64,000 bases of DNA from Lama guanicoe (taxonomy: Eukaryota). This document shows, piece after piece, positions 26,650 through 39,273 of this stretch. A model generated the notes under the pieces. That model had not been told where the DNA came from, made no database searches, and was given only the letters and a program-made list of their open reading frames with translations. Location of the stretch: positions 3,392,866-3,456,865 of the forward strand of contig MU053379.1 of assembly GCA_013239625.1 (NCBI GenBank), in the 5' to 3' direction. Numbering within the stretch: position 1 is the first letter of the stretch; every line of letters begins with the position of its first letter. Both the position numbers and the translations under genes were made by a program.

Positions 26650-27940
26650 CCCGGGAAAATACTCAGGCTGAAAAAATACCTGAGAAGAACGTATGTTTAT
26701 ACCTCAGGCTGATCCCCACCCTATACATGACCTAAAACAAGCAAGACAAAACAAAACAAAACAAAACAAAAAAACCATCCAATCCCGAGGAAGGGGGAGA
26801 ATTTGATTTCCAGACTTACTACATTATTAGATTCAAATGTTCAGTTTTCAATAAAAAATTCACAAAGCATACAGGAAAGAACAACCCGTTCAAAGGAAAA
26901 AAGAAAAAGAAAAAAAGAAACCAACAGAAACAACCACTGAGAAAGACCGAAGGGCAGAACTGCTAGACAAAGACGACCGCCTTAAAAACGCTCAGAGAAC
27001 TGGAGGGAGACACAGGGAGTCAAGAAAACAACATACGAGCAAAGTGGAAGCATCAGTAAAGAGACAGGAAACCCAAGAAGGAATTCTGAAACTGACAAGT
27101 GTATAACTGAAATAAAAAATTCACTGGAGGGATTCAAAGGCATATCTGAGCAGCCAGAAGAAAAAAAAAATCAGTGAACTTCAAGACAGGACAATAAGTT
27201 ATTGAGTCTGAGGAACAGAAAGATAAAAAATAGAAGAAAAGTGAACAGAGCCTAAGGGACTTGTGGGACATGATAAACTGGACCAACAAACACATTTGGG
27301 AGTCTCAGAAGGAGAAGAGAGAGAGATAAAGGGACAGAGATTATTTGAAGAAATAATGACCAAAAACTTCCCAAATTTGATGAAAGACATGACTGTAAAT
27401 ATTTAAGAAGCTCAACAAACTCCTGTAAGAGGAGCTCAGAGACCCATACCAAGACTCATTACAGTCACGCGGCAGAGCAGCCAAGAAAGAGAGAAGCTTA
27501 AAAGCAGCAAGAGGGAAGTAACACATCCCCTGCGAGGGGTGCTCCGTCAGGTTGTCAGCAGATTTCTCACCAAAACTTTCCACCCAGAAGGCAGTGGGGC
27601 AGTTGTATTCAAAGTGCTGAAAGGAAAAAAACTGTCAACCAAGAACCATACATCCAGCAAAATTGCCCCAGAAATTAAGACATTCTCAGATAAACAAAAG
27701 CTGAGAAAGTTGGTTTCCATTGGACCTTCCCTGCAAGGAATACTGAGGGGAATCCTGCAGATTGAAATGAAAGGACACTAGACAGTAACCTGAAGCTGTG
27801 TGAAGACATCAGTATCTCAGTAAAGATAAATACGTGGGCAATTGTAAAAGCTAGTATTATTTGAAACTTGGTTTATAACTCAATTTTTTATATTCTACAT
27901 GATTTAAAGACTAATACATTTTTTCACAAGCATTATTTTA
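26650..27940 (+). mobile_element. Older LINE-1 (L1M-type) ORF1 and inter-ORF region; left half of the host element
   Basis: ORF1-like FKVLKGKK...IKTFSDKQKLRKLV...PSLQGILRGILQIEMKGH, followed by inter-ORF sequence that resumes at ~34040. Confidence 0.8.
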
Positions 27941-30900
27941 GGAGAGCTGGTCAAGATGGAGGAGTGGTAGGACCACAAGCTCGCCTCTCCTCATGACTAC
28001 AGCAAAGCCACAGCTGACTGCTCAACAACCATCGGGGGAAAAAAGACCAGAACCTAGCAAAAAGGATCTTCTGCAACTGGAAACATAAAGCGGGAACCAC
28101 AGCAGGATGGTAGGAGGGCTGTGCTCACAATAGAATCAGGCCCCATTCCCCCCGGGTGGCCAACCCACAAGCTGAAGAATAATTAAGTCGCAGAGGCGCT
28201 CCCACAGAAGTGAGAGCTCTGAGACCCACATCAGGCTCCCCAGCCCGGGGTTCCAGCACTGGGAGGTGGAGATCCCAAGACATCTGGTTTTGAAGGCCAG
28301 CAGGATTTAACTCCAGGTGCCCCACCGGACTGGGGGAAAAAGACTTCATTTGCCTGGGAAGTGTACTTTGAATCTCACGTGTACCACGTCCAAGGGCAGA
28401 GACAGTGATTTTACAGAAACCTGGGCCAGACCTGCCTGCTGGATTTGGAGGGTCTCTCCTGGGGATGTGCGGCACGGCTAGGGCTCACTCAGGGGACATA
28501 AAAGCTGGTGGCGGACATTCCGGGAGTGTTAATCTACATGAGCTTTCCTGGAGGCTGACATCTTGATTGGATCATTAGCACCAAGACCTAGTGCCCCAGA
28601 ATAGCGAGCGGGCTTAAGGCTGGGAAGCCTCAGGCCAAACATCATACAGGCTGGGAACACAGCCCCGCCCAGCAGCAGACCTCCTGAGCCACAAAGGTCT
28701 CTAGACACAGCCCTACCCACCAGAGGTCCAGGACCAAGCCTCACCCAGCAGTGGGCAGGCACTGGATCCTCCTGCCAGGAACCCTGCATAAGCCTCTAGT
28801 CCAGCCTCATCCACCAGGGCAGATACTAGAAATAAGAAAACAACAATCCCAAAGCCTGTGGAAGGAATCCACAAACACAGGCCAGTCTACACTGGGAGCA
28901 GCTGGACCCTGGTCCTTGGGTGACAATGAGAGACGCGTACTACTGGGACGCATGGGACGTCTCCCACAGAGGGCCACCTCTCCAAGGTCAAGAAAAGTAA
29001 CTAATCTACCTAAAAATACAAATAGAAAGAAAGACAATATGAGGTGGCAGAGGAATATCTTCCAGGCCAAGGCACAATAGAAAATCCCAGAAGAAATACG
29101 TGATGAGGAGATAGGCAATTTATCTGAGAAAGAGTTTAGACTAATGATGGTGAAGATGTTCAGAAACTCAAGAGGAATATAGATGCACAGAGTGAAGTTT
29201 TTAGCAAAGAGTTGGAAAATATAAAGAATACTCAAACAGAGTTGAAGAATAAAATCACTGAAATGAATAATACACTAGAAGGAACCAAGAACAGACTAAG
29301 TGAGGCAGAAGGAGGGATCAGTGAGCTAGAAGACAGATTAGTGGAAATCACCACTGAAGAACAGCAAAAAGAAAAGAAACAAGGATAGTTTAAGAGAACC
29401 CTGGGAAAACATGAAGTGCATTAATGTTTACATTATAGGGGTCCCAGAAGGAGAAGAGAGAAAGGACCTGAGAAAATTTTTGAAGAGATACTAACCAAAA
29501 ACTTCCCTAACTTGGGAAAGGAAACAGTCACCCAAATCCATGAAACACAGAGAGTTCCACACAGGATCAACCCAAAGAGAAACACACCAAGGCACTTAGT
29601 AATCAAATTGACACAAATTAAAGATAAGGGGAAAATATTAAAAGCAGCAAGAGAAAAGCAACAAATAACATACAAGGGAATTTCCATAAGGTTATCAGCT
29701 GATTTTTCAGCAGAAACTCTACAGGCCAGAAGAGAGTGGCACGATATATTTAAAGTGATGAAAGAGAAAAACTTACAACCAAGAATACTCTATCCAGCAA
29801 GGCTCTCATTCAGACTTGATGGAGAAATCAAAAGCTTCACACACACACACACACACACAAAACAGCTTCACAGATAAACAAAAGCTAAAAGAATTCAGCA
29901 CCACCAAACCGGCTTTACAACGAACGTTAAAGGAGCTTCTCATCAAATCCCAAGAAAAGAGAACAAGAAGAAGAGAGAAAAAGACCTACAAAACAAAGCC
30001 AAAACAATTAACAAAATGGCAATAAGAACAAACGTATGGATAATCACCATGAATGTAAATGGTTTAAAAGCTTCAACCAAAAGACACAGACTGACAGAAT
30101 GGACACAAAGACAAGACCCACACACACACTGTCTGCAAGAGACCCACTTCAGAGCTAGAGACACATGCAGGCTGAAAATGAGGAGATGGAAAAGAATATT
30201 TCATGCAAACGGAAACCAAAAGAAAGCTGGAGTAGCAATATTTACATCAGACAAAATAGATTTTAGAGTAAAGACTGTTACAAGAGAAAAAGAAGGACAC
30301 TACATAATGCTTAAGGGATCAATCCAAGAAGAGGATACAACAGTTGCAAACATATATGCACCCAACACAGGAGCACCTCAGTATATAAGGCGACTGTTAA
30401 CAGACATAAAAGGAGAAATGGACAATAATACAGTAATAGTGGGGGACCGTAACACCCCACTTACATCAATGGACAGATCACCCAGACAGAAAATCAATAA
30501 TACAGGCCTTAAATGACATATTAGACCAGATGGACTTAACTGATATCTACAGAGCATTCCATCCGAAAGCCACAGAATATACATTCTTCTCAAGTGCACG
30601 TGGAACATTCTTCAGAATTGACCACACGTTGGCCCACAAGGCAAGCCTCGGTAAATTTAAGAAAATTGACATGCCAAGCATCTTTTCTGACCATAATGCT
30701 ATAAGGTTAGAAATCAACTACGAAAACAAAAAATTGCAAAAACTGCAAACACATGGGTGCTAAACAATATACTACTAAACAACCAATGGATCACTGAGAA
30801 ATCAAAGAGGAAATAAAAAAATACTTTCAGACAAAAGAAAATGAAAACAATGATCCAAAGCCTCCGGGGCGCAGCAAAGGCAGTTCTCAGAGGGAAGCTT

Positions 30901-33890
30901 ATAGCGACACAAGCCCACCTCAGGAAACAAGGAAAACCTCAGACGACCTCACCTCAGACCTAACGCCGCCGGAGAAAGAAGAACAAACAAAACCCGAAGT
31001 TACTAGGAGAAAAGAAATCATAAAGATTAGAGCAGAAAAGAAATGAAAAAGAGACTTTAAAAAAATAGAAAAGATCAATGAAATTAAAAGTTTATTCTTT
31101 GAAAAGATAAACTAAATTGACAAACCTTTAGTCAGACTCTTCAGGAAAAAAAGAGGGGCCAAATTAATAAAATCAGAAATGAAAAAAGAGACGTCACAGC
31201 TCATGCCACAGAAATACAAGGGACCATAAGAGGCCACTCTGAGCAAGTGTACGCCAACAAGAAGGACAACCTAGAAGAAATGGACAATGTCTTAGAAAGA
31301 GACAATTTGCCAAGACTGAACCAGGAGGAAACAGAGACTATGAATAGACCAACTGCCAGTATTGAAATTGAATCAGTAATTTAAAAACTCAACAAACAGA
31401 AGTCCAGGACCAGTTGGCTTCACAGGCTAATTCTACCAAACATTTAGAGAAGAGTTAACCCCTGTCCTTCTGAAACTATTCCAAAGAACCGCAGAGGAAG
31501 GAACACTTCCAAACTCATTCTATGAGGCCATCATCACCCTGATGCCAAAACCAAATAAAGATACCACAAAAAAAGAAAATTACTGGCCAATATCACTTAT
31601 AAATATAGATGCAAAAGTCCTCAACAAAATACCAGCAAATCAACCCGAACAATACATCAAAAGGAACATACACTATGACCAAGTGGGATTTGTCTCAGGG
31701 TGCAAGGATTTTTCAATATCTGCAGTCAATCAATGTGATACAATATGTTAACACATTGAAGAATAAAAACCTTATGATCATCTCAACAGATGCAAAAAAC
31801 GCTTTTGATAAAATTCAACATTCATCTAGGATAAAAACTGTCCAGAAAGTGGGCATAGACGGAACATACATCAACATAATGAAGGCCATATGTGACAAAC
31901 CCACAGCTAACATCATACTCACTGGTGAAAAACTGAAAGCATTTCCTCTAAGATCAGGAAAAAGCAAGGATGCGCACTCTCACCACTTTTATGCAACATA
32001 ATTTTGGAAGTCCTAGCCACAGCAATCAGAGAAGGAAAAGAAAAGGAATCTAAATTGAAAACAAAGAAGTAAAACTGTCACTGTTTGCAGATGACATGAT
32101 ACTATACACAGAAAATCCTAAAGATGCTACCAGAAAACCACTAGAGCTCGTCAAGGAATTCAGTAAAAATTGCAGGATACAAAATTAAGGCACAGAAATC
32201 AGTTGCATTTCTATACACTAACAACAAAATATTAGAAAGAGAAATTAGGGATGCAGTCCCATTCACCATCACATCTGAAAGAAAAAATATCCAGGAATAA
32301 ACCTGCCTAAGGAGGCAAAACACCTGCACTCCAAAAACTGTGAGATGCTGATGAAAGAAGTGAAAGATGACACAGACAGATGGCAAGATATACTGCGTTC
32401 TTGGACTGGAAGAATCAATATTGTTAAAATGGCCATACTGCCCAAGGCAACATACAGATTCAACGCAATTCCCTATCAAACTACCAATTACATTTCACAC
32501 AGAACTAGAACAAAAAAATTTGTATGGAAACACAAAAGACCCCAAATGGCCAAGACAGTCTTGAAAAAAAACAGAGCTGTGGGAATCGTGCTCCCAGACT
32601 CCAGACTGCAGTACAAAGCTACAGTAATCAAAACAGTGCAGTCCTGGCACAAAAACAGACACAGACACACAGATCAATGGAAGAGGATAGGAAGCCCAGA
32701 AATAAACCCACACACTATGGTCAATTAATCTATGACAAAGAAGGCAAGAATATACAGTGGAGGAAAAACAATCTCTTCAGTAAGTGGTGCTGGGAGAACT
32801 GGGCAGCTGCCTGTAAAAGGCTGAAATTAGAACATTCTATGGCCCCATACACAAAAATAAACTGAAAATGGATTAAAGACCTAAATGTAAGACCAGAGAC
32901 TATAAAACTCCTACAGGAAAACACAGGCAGAATACTCTTGGATATATACCATAGCAATATGTTTTTTTAAACCAGCTCCTGGAGTAATGAAAATAAAAGC
33001 AAAAGTAAACATATGGGATACAAACAGCTCATACACCTTAATATAAAAAGACAAGCAACCCAATCCAAAAATGGACAGAAGACCTAGACATCTCTCCAAA
33101 GAAGACAGATGGCTAACAAGCACATGAAAAGATGCTCAACATCACTAATTATCAGGGAAATGCAAATCAAAACTACACCTCACATCAGTCAGAGTGGCCA
33201 TCATTATAAAGTCCACAAATGATAAACGCTGGAGAGGCTGTGGAGAAAAAGGGAACCCTCCTGCACTGTTGGTGGGAATGTAAATTGGTACAGCCACTAT
33301 GGAGGACAGTTTGGAGGTTCCTTAAAAACTAAAAATAGACTTACTGTATAATCCAGCAATCCCACTCCTGGGCATATATCTGGGGGAAAATATAAAAAGA
33401 CACTTAGTGTCACAGCAACACTATTTACAACAGCCAAGACATGGAAACAACCTAAATGTCCATCAACAGATGACTGGATAAGAAAGATGTGGTAAAAGAA
33501 TGTGACAATGAATATAAGTATGTTCATGTATAACTGAAAAATTGTGCTCTACACTGGAAATTGACACAACATTGTAAACTAACTATAACTCAATTTTAAA
33601 AAAAAGATGTGGTATATGTATACAATGGAATACTACTCAGCCATAAAAGGAATAAAATAATGCCATTTGCAGTAACATGGATGGATCTGGAGATTGTCAT
33701 TCTAAGTGAAGTCAGTCAGAAAGAGAAAGAAAAATACCATATGGTATCACTTTCATATGTAATCTTTAAAAAAGGACACAAATGAACTTATCCACAAAAC
33801 AGAAACAGACTCACAGTCACAGATAACAAACTTGTGGTTACCAGGGATTAAAGTGGGTGGGAAGGGTAAACTGGGAATTTGAAATGTGCA
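27941..33890 (+). mobile_element. Near-full-length, inactivated LINE-1 (5' UTR, ORF1 from ~29039, ORF2 from 30016, 3' UTR)
   Basis: ORF1 peptides (RINPKRNTPRH, ILKAAREK, QPRILYPARLSF), endonuclease (TMNVNGL, CLQETH, NIYAPN) and RT FADD at 32084-32095. Many stops and frameshifts. Confidence 0.96.
33495..33602 (+). mobile_element. Short 5'-truncated L1 3' end inserted in the large L1
   Basis: Flanked by a perfect 12-bp TSD AAAGATGTGGTA (33483-33494 and 33603-33614) and ends in an A-tail. Confidence 0.85.
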
Positions 33891-34039
33891 CCTCTTGCTG
33901 TGTGATGGAAATGTCAGCTATCTTGATTGTGGTAGTGGTTTTCATTGGTGTATACATCCATCAAAATTCATCAAATTGCACCTCTGAAATACGTGTAGTT
34001 TACTGACCAGAAACCACACCACAATAAAGGTGTTACGAA

Positions 34040-34980
34040 AGTATTATTTTTAAAGCTGTTATTATAACTTTGGTTTTGTTATTCTATATTTTGTTTAATA
34101 CAAATTTTAACGTATTAATGCATAAAAAACTAATTACTAGTGTGTTCTGGACACAACAAAAAAAGACATAATTTCATAACACCAATAACTAAAAAGGGGT
34201 GAGAACAGAGTTGTTCAGGGGCAGAGTTTTTATATGTTGTTGAAGTTAAGTTGGCATAAATTCCAACTGGAGTGTTGTCATATTAGGATACTAAATATAA
34301 TCCCCGTGGTAACCACAAAGAAAATAGCTATAGAACATACACAAAAGGAAAGGAGAAGGAAATTAAAATCTCACTGCCAAAATCAACTAAACACAAGAGA
34401 AGCCAGTAATGCAAGAAATGAGGTACCAAAAAAGCTGTAAGGCATATAGAAAAAAAAATCAAAATGATACAAGTCTCTCCTTATCAGTAATTATTTTAAA
34501 TGTCAGTGAATTTAACTCCCCAATCGAAAGGCAGAGATTGACGGCATGGATCAGAGGAAACGTGACCCAGCTGCATGCTGCTCACAAGACACTCACTTTC
34601 GATCCAGAGACACAAATAGGCTGAAACCAACAGGATGGAGAAGGATCTTCCCTGCAAACAGTCATCAAAAGAAAGCAGAGGCGGCTGTAAATAAGTCACA
34701 AAACGACAAACACTGTGCGGTTCCTCTGATCAGAGGGAGCTGGAGCAGCCACATTCACAGAGACAAGGAGTGGAACAGTGGCTCCTGCCGGGCTGGGAAG
34801 AGCGGGAGCGGGGAGTTAAGGGTTTCAGGTGTGCAGAGTCTGCAGAGTTCTGGAGACGGGACAGTGGGGATGGTCACACAACAGTGTGGATGTACTTCAC
34901 GCCACCAAACTCTTCACTTCCAGATGCCGATGATCGGTACATTTATGTATATTTTACCATTTTTCAAAAGTGCTAAGAAA
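34040..34980 (+). mobile_element. Older LINE-1, right half (inter-ORF, ORF2 start, then an L1M 3' UTR)
   Basis: LSVIILNVSEFNSPIERQRL and CCSQDTHFRSRDTNRLK are endonuclease N-terminal remnants. An L1MB-like 3' end lies at ~34690-34975. Confidence 0.75.
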
Positions 34981-36089
34981 TTTAAGTTTTTTAAAAATCC
35001 AAATTGGAGTCTTTATACTCCTAATGTCGCAAATGATAGTCTTTTTTCACAAGTGTGCGCCATGGTCAGATAGCTTCAGGAAACACCTGACGTCACATCC
35101 CCCGTGCACACGAGCTTCTTGAGTCCTTGGGGAGGGGCTGCATAAGGGAACCCTTGTTTTCCCCTTTCCCGTGGAACAACTTGGTCACTGCGCTTCCACG
35201 GATGTGGCCCGGGGTGTGATCGGGGAGATGTCTGAGATGCGGTCATCTCTCGTGTGCCCCGGTCCTGTGGTTGCTGGCTCACAGCTCATTTCCTCCGGCC
35301 ACCGCTCTGCACCGCTGTGGGTGGTGTGCTGTCCACCTGGTGGCCGCCAGGAGCTCCCTCCTCCTGGTCTTTACGTCTTTTGAATCTGGCCCGGCCCTGT
35401 GACCTGGAGCCAGGACTGAAGCTGAGGAAGGCCTGGCAGTTTCCACTTCTGCACTTTGAGGGGAGCCAGGGCCGGGAAGAAGTCTGGCTGCTCTGAGCCC
35501 AGAGTGGGCTGGGCGGAAGCCCACGCTAGCCACGTGCAGAGGACAGATGTGTGTCCGGGAACCCAGGAACCCAGCCGATGGCCAGGCGTTCCATTCGGCC
35601 CCCGCCCTCTGGGGCACCACAAGCGGCGAGGCTGGGAGAAGCAGAGATGGGATACCCGCCCCAAGTACAGGGAGGGAGCAGCCGAGCCATGGCTGTTGGA
35701 AGTCTCTGTGCCTCGGGCGGGTTTATCCGCAGGTGGCAGGCGTTCACGACGGGGTGTCTCCCACCTGCTGCGACTGGTCCTGAGCAGATGGCTGGGCCTT
35801 CTGACGACCTGCACGCTCTGTCCCCATGGCCACCTCCCCTTTGTTCCTGACGGCCTGCATCCCCCAGCCTGAGTCTCGAAGAAGGAGGCCCTCTCCCACC
35901 AAATCTCAATGTCACTATCGTACAATTCAGACAGTTAGCAGTAACTCAGTAAGGCCGTCCAACAGCAGTCCCTCCTCTAACTTCACGACTTGTGCCCCCA
36001 AATCTCTCTTACAGCATTTTTTTTTAAACTCCAGGAAGCCTAAGGCTTACTCATTGCAGTTGGTTTTTATAGACGTGAAGAGTTCTTGA

Positions 36090-36197
36090 CGGGGGAGGGA
36101 GATAGCTCAGTGGCAGAGCATGTGCTTAGCAGGCACGAAGTCCTGGGTTCAATCCCCAGCACCCCCATTAAAGAAATGAAAAAAAAAGAAAAAAGAA
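36090..36197 (+). mobile_element. Camelid tRNA-derived SINE
   Basis: gatagctcagtggcagagcatgtgcttagc...gggttcaatccccagcacc plus A-tail. Imperfect TSD AAGAGTTCTTGA / AAGAACTCTTGA. Confidence 0.9.
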
Positions 36198-38757
36198 AAG
36201 AACTCTTGAAAGGCATTTCACTGACAAAAAAGATCACAACTAGAAGCCATGGTGTGGTTCTCACCCGGGCAACTCTGGGCTCCCTTCCTGCCCTCCTCCC
36301 TCACAGGTCGTGGGCGTCACGAGGGCCACCACTGCACTGCGGTTGGCACCACTCACCTAGCCTAGGTGAGTCAGGGCCTCCCCGAGCACCACTTTCACTG
36401 ATGGTTGCACATAAACACCTCGAGCCCTCGCTGTTTGGTGCTTGGCTTCTTCGTGGGTCTCATCCCAGATTAATTCTGTTTCCTGGTGGATCACTGGCTT
36501 CTGGGTAGCAAGTCCAAGAGCTCCCCCACCGTGGGAGCCTCCGGCCCCTTCACGTCTAACTCACGTCTACCTCACGTCTACCTTTTTTGAGTAGAGATGA
36601 ATCATTTGGGTCAGGGGTGCTTAGAAAGTGTGAGACCTGGGAGTGGGAAGGGGAGAGGAAGGTGACAGTGTTTTGCAGCAATGGTAAGAAGAGGGTGAAA
36701 GAAACAACCCAGGGCGTTCCTGCCTCTGCTGGTGGGAAAGGCAGGCAGGCGTCCGCAGGGACAGGCAGGAACTCAGGAGGCAGGAGCTCAGGACGCGGGA
36801 GGCTGGCAGCACGAGTCAGGGCAGCAAACACAAAGGTTCCTGCCCGGAGAAACGGGCGTAGGTGCAGCAACCACTCTTCTCGGTTTGCACATGATCTGGC
36901 CCAAAGCCAGATAAACCCACACGCTTCCAGCTGGCATTGTGTGGAAGGAGCCTGGGGCACCGACTGCCTGTACGCCACGCGGGGGAGGCAATATTTTATT
37001 CTAATAAATGTAAAAATGCTTACAAGCACTTCGGGAGGTTTATTTGTGATCTCAGTCCTTTTAAGGTGGTGCTCTTTCCTGCGAGCCCTCTGCCCAGAGG
37101 GAAAGGGACTGTGACCTTGGTTTAGCCAGTTCCTGCCTCTGATCCTCTCCCCCAGGAAACCCCCAGAAAGCAAAACGCTGCAGGAGCCCCGCAGCTGCAC
37201 TAGGCCTGGGAAGTCAGATGTCCAGCTGGCTTAAATGCTCACCCGTCCTCCTGCGGAAGCAGCCCTGCGAGAGCCGGGAAAGGACAGGCTGCAGTCCGGG
37301 CTTCTCTAGGGCCTCAGGGGAAAAGCCACTGATTAGAACCGGGAGGTCGGCGGCACCCCCGCTGGGCAGCCTGGAGATCTCTGAAGAGCCTCTTGGCCCA
37401 GTAGGGCTCTCGAGTCCCGCTCTGAGTGAGCAGAAGAGAGGCAGGCTCTCCCCTCGGAGGCTGATCTTGGCCTGAGCTCATCAAACACGGAGCGCATGGT
37501 TGGATCTTTACACTGCCTGGTCAGAGGAGTGTTCATCACAGCAGGCAGCGTCATCATTTCCTGCAGACGTCTGGAGTTCAAGTCATTCCAAGCCTCTCTT
37601 GTCCGACAGTGGGAGCCGACGTCGGCCCCCGTGAGGCCAGAGCCGCACAGCGGGTCCCCGTCTGCCTGCAGCTGTGGAGCTGGCCCGTGACCCCGCTTGA
37701 CCCCTCCGTTCTAACTCTGCGTCTCCGTGGAAAGCAGCCAGCTCCTTTTCTAGGGCAGCAGAAAGCTTCCGTCTGAGACATTAGGCAGATATCAAATATG
37801 ATCGTAGCTGCCATTTAGGTTGAAGGCCATCCTTCCCCACCCCGGTGATCACAGACAGGACTCTGAGGTGGCCAGGCCACGTTCCCATCACGAGGCGGGG
37901 TGCGGGGTTGCTCCCTGACCCACGAGAGGTGACCACAGATCGGGGAGCAGCCCCCTGCGCCTCTGTCGCTGCCCATCAGCCCTCCGCCCCCGGCCTCCAG
38001 CGCTTTCCTCACAGGAGCGTCCACCTGCACTTCCCTTCGCTCCGTGCCTCGGATTCCCCGCGTCCTCACCTGCCAGGTCCGACTCCACAGGAGAAAACCA
38101 GCGCCCCCAGGACTGCGCTGAGACAGAGCCAGGCGCGGGCCGGGGGACCGCCGCGGCGGCGAGCAGGGACGTATCTTTGCTCTCACTGGCACTGAACTCA
38201 TTTTCAGAAGAGGCCATTAGGTTGAGGTGGCTCTCGCGTCCGCACAGCCGAGCTGAGCAAACCAAAACTTATGCCTGAAACGCCTCCAGGTTGAGACATG
38301 AGAACCTAAGGGCAGCCCAGCGCAGGGGATAGGACGGATGCTGTGGAAGGGTCCCTGCAACGAGCGGTAAAGAAGCCTGAGCGACCTACGCCCAGCATAA
38401 TGCGTACAGACACGGTGCTGCATCATCACCCCCAAACCTGCCAAGAGACTACGGTTTAGTCACTCCACCCCCTGGAAAGAAGTGGTAACTATGTAACGGG
38501 ACAGAGGTGCTAGTTACCGCTACAATGGTGATCTCATTACCATACACACAATGCATCAGGTTAATAGGTTGTTCACCTTAGATTTTCGCAATGTTTTATG
38601 TCCAAATACACTTCAATTTAAAAAATCATTTGCTTTGCTTTCAGCTCTTCTCTGTAAAAGTCTTTCCCAGCTCCTGGTGGCGACGTGCTCCTTACCGCTT
38701 CCTTCTTGTTTGATTTTCACTCCAATAAACTCTTAAAAATCTTAAGATGCCTCAGCG

Positions 38758-38865
38758 TTTTTGAGGGGGTGGGAGGCCGGGGGTACTTAGGTTTACTTGC
38801 GTTTTAACCCAGGACCTCGTGCATGCTAAGCATGCGCTCTACCACTGAGCTATACCCTCCCCACC
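38758..38865 (-). mobile_element. Camelid tRNA-derived SINE
   Basis: Reverse complement reads ggggagggtatagctcagtggtagagcgcatgcttagcatgcacgaggtcctggg. Flanked by ATGC(C)TCAGCGT direct repeats. Confidence 0.88.
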
Positions 38866-39103
38866 ATGCTCAGCGTGTCTTTTAATACTGTCCACCGTGG
38901 ATTTTCTGAGGACACAGAACACTACTTGGAGGCTCAGATTCATCTGCCTGCGTGGTTCTGGGCCACCTGCGGCTGCTTGAGCCCCACCGGGGGCAGGAGA
39001 CCTGCCTCCGAGTCTGAGGTGCTTCGCTTTCTTGCTCTCTACCTGTGCTCCCAGGGAAGCCAGCTGGCTTCTGCAGCCCCCACCCTCGCCCTTCTCCCTG
39101 GAA

Positions 39104-39273
39104 CAGTGGCTCCCAAATTTGAGGAACATCAGAATCAACAGGAAGGTGTGCTCAAACGAGACTCCTGGGCCCCACCTCCAAGATTCAGACACAGAGGTTT
39201 AGAGGGGACAGGGGCTCGTAACAAGCATTTCTTACAAGTTCCTGGTCCAAGGACCACACTTTGAGAAGAACTG
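39104..39273. mobile_element. MER5A-like hAT DNA transposon
   Basis: CAGTGGCTCCCAAA...catcagaatca...ctgggccccacc...ggaccacactttgagaagaaCTG. Confidence 0.82.

Noticed and set aside
29039..33700. Potentially active L1
   Set aside because: Multiple stops, frameshifts, a deletion near 33015 and a nested insertion.
36090..36175. tRNA-Ala-like sequences, here and at 12.1, 38.8, 40.1, 53.5 and 59.7 kb, as tRNA genes
   Set aside because: They have A-rich tails, mostly TSDs, and mutated stems, so they are SINEs.
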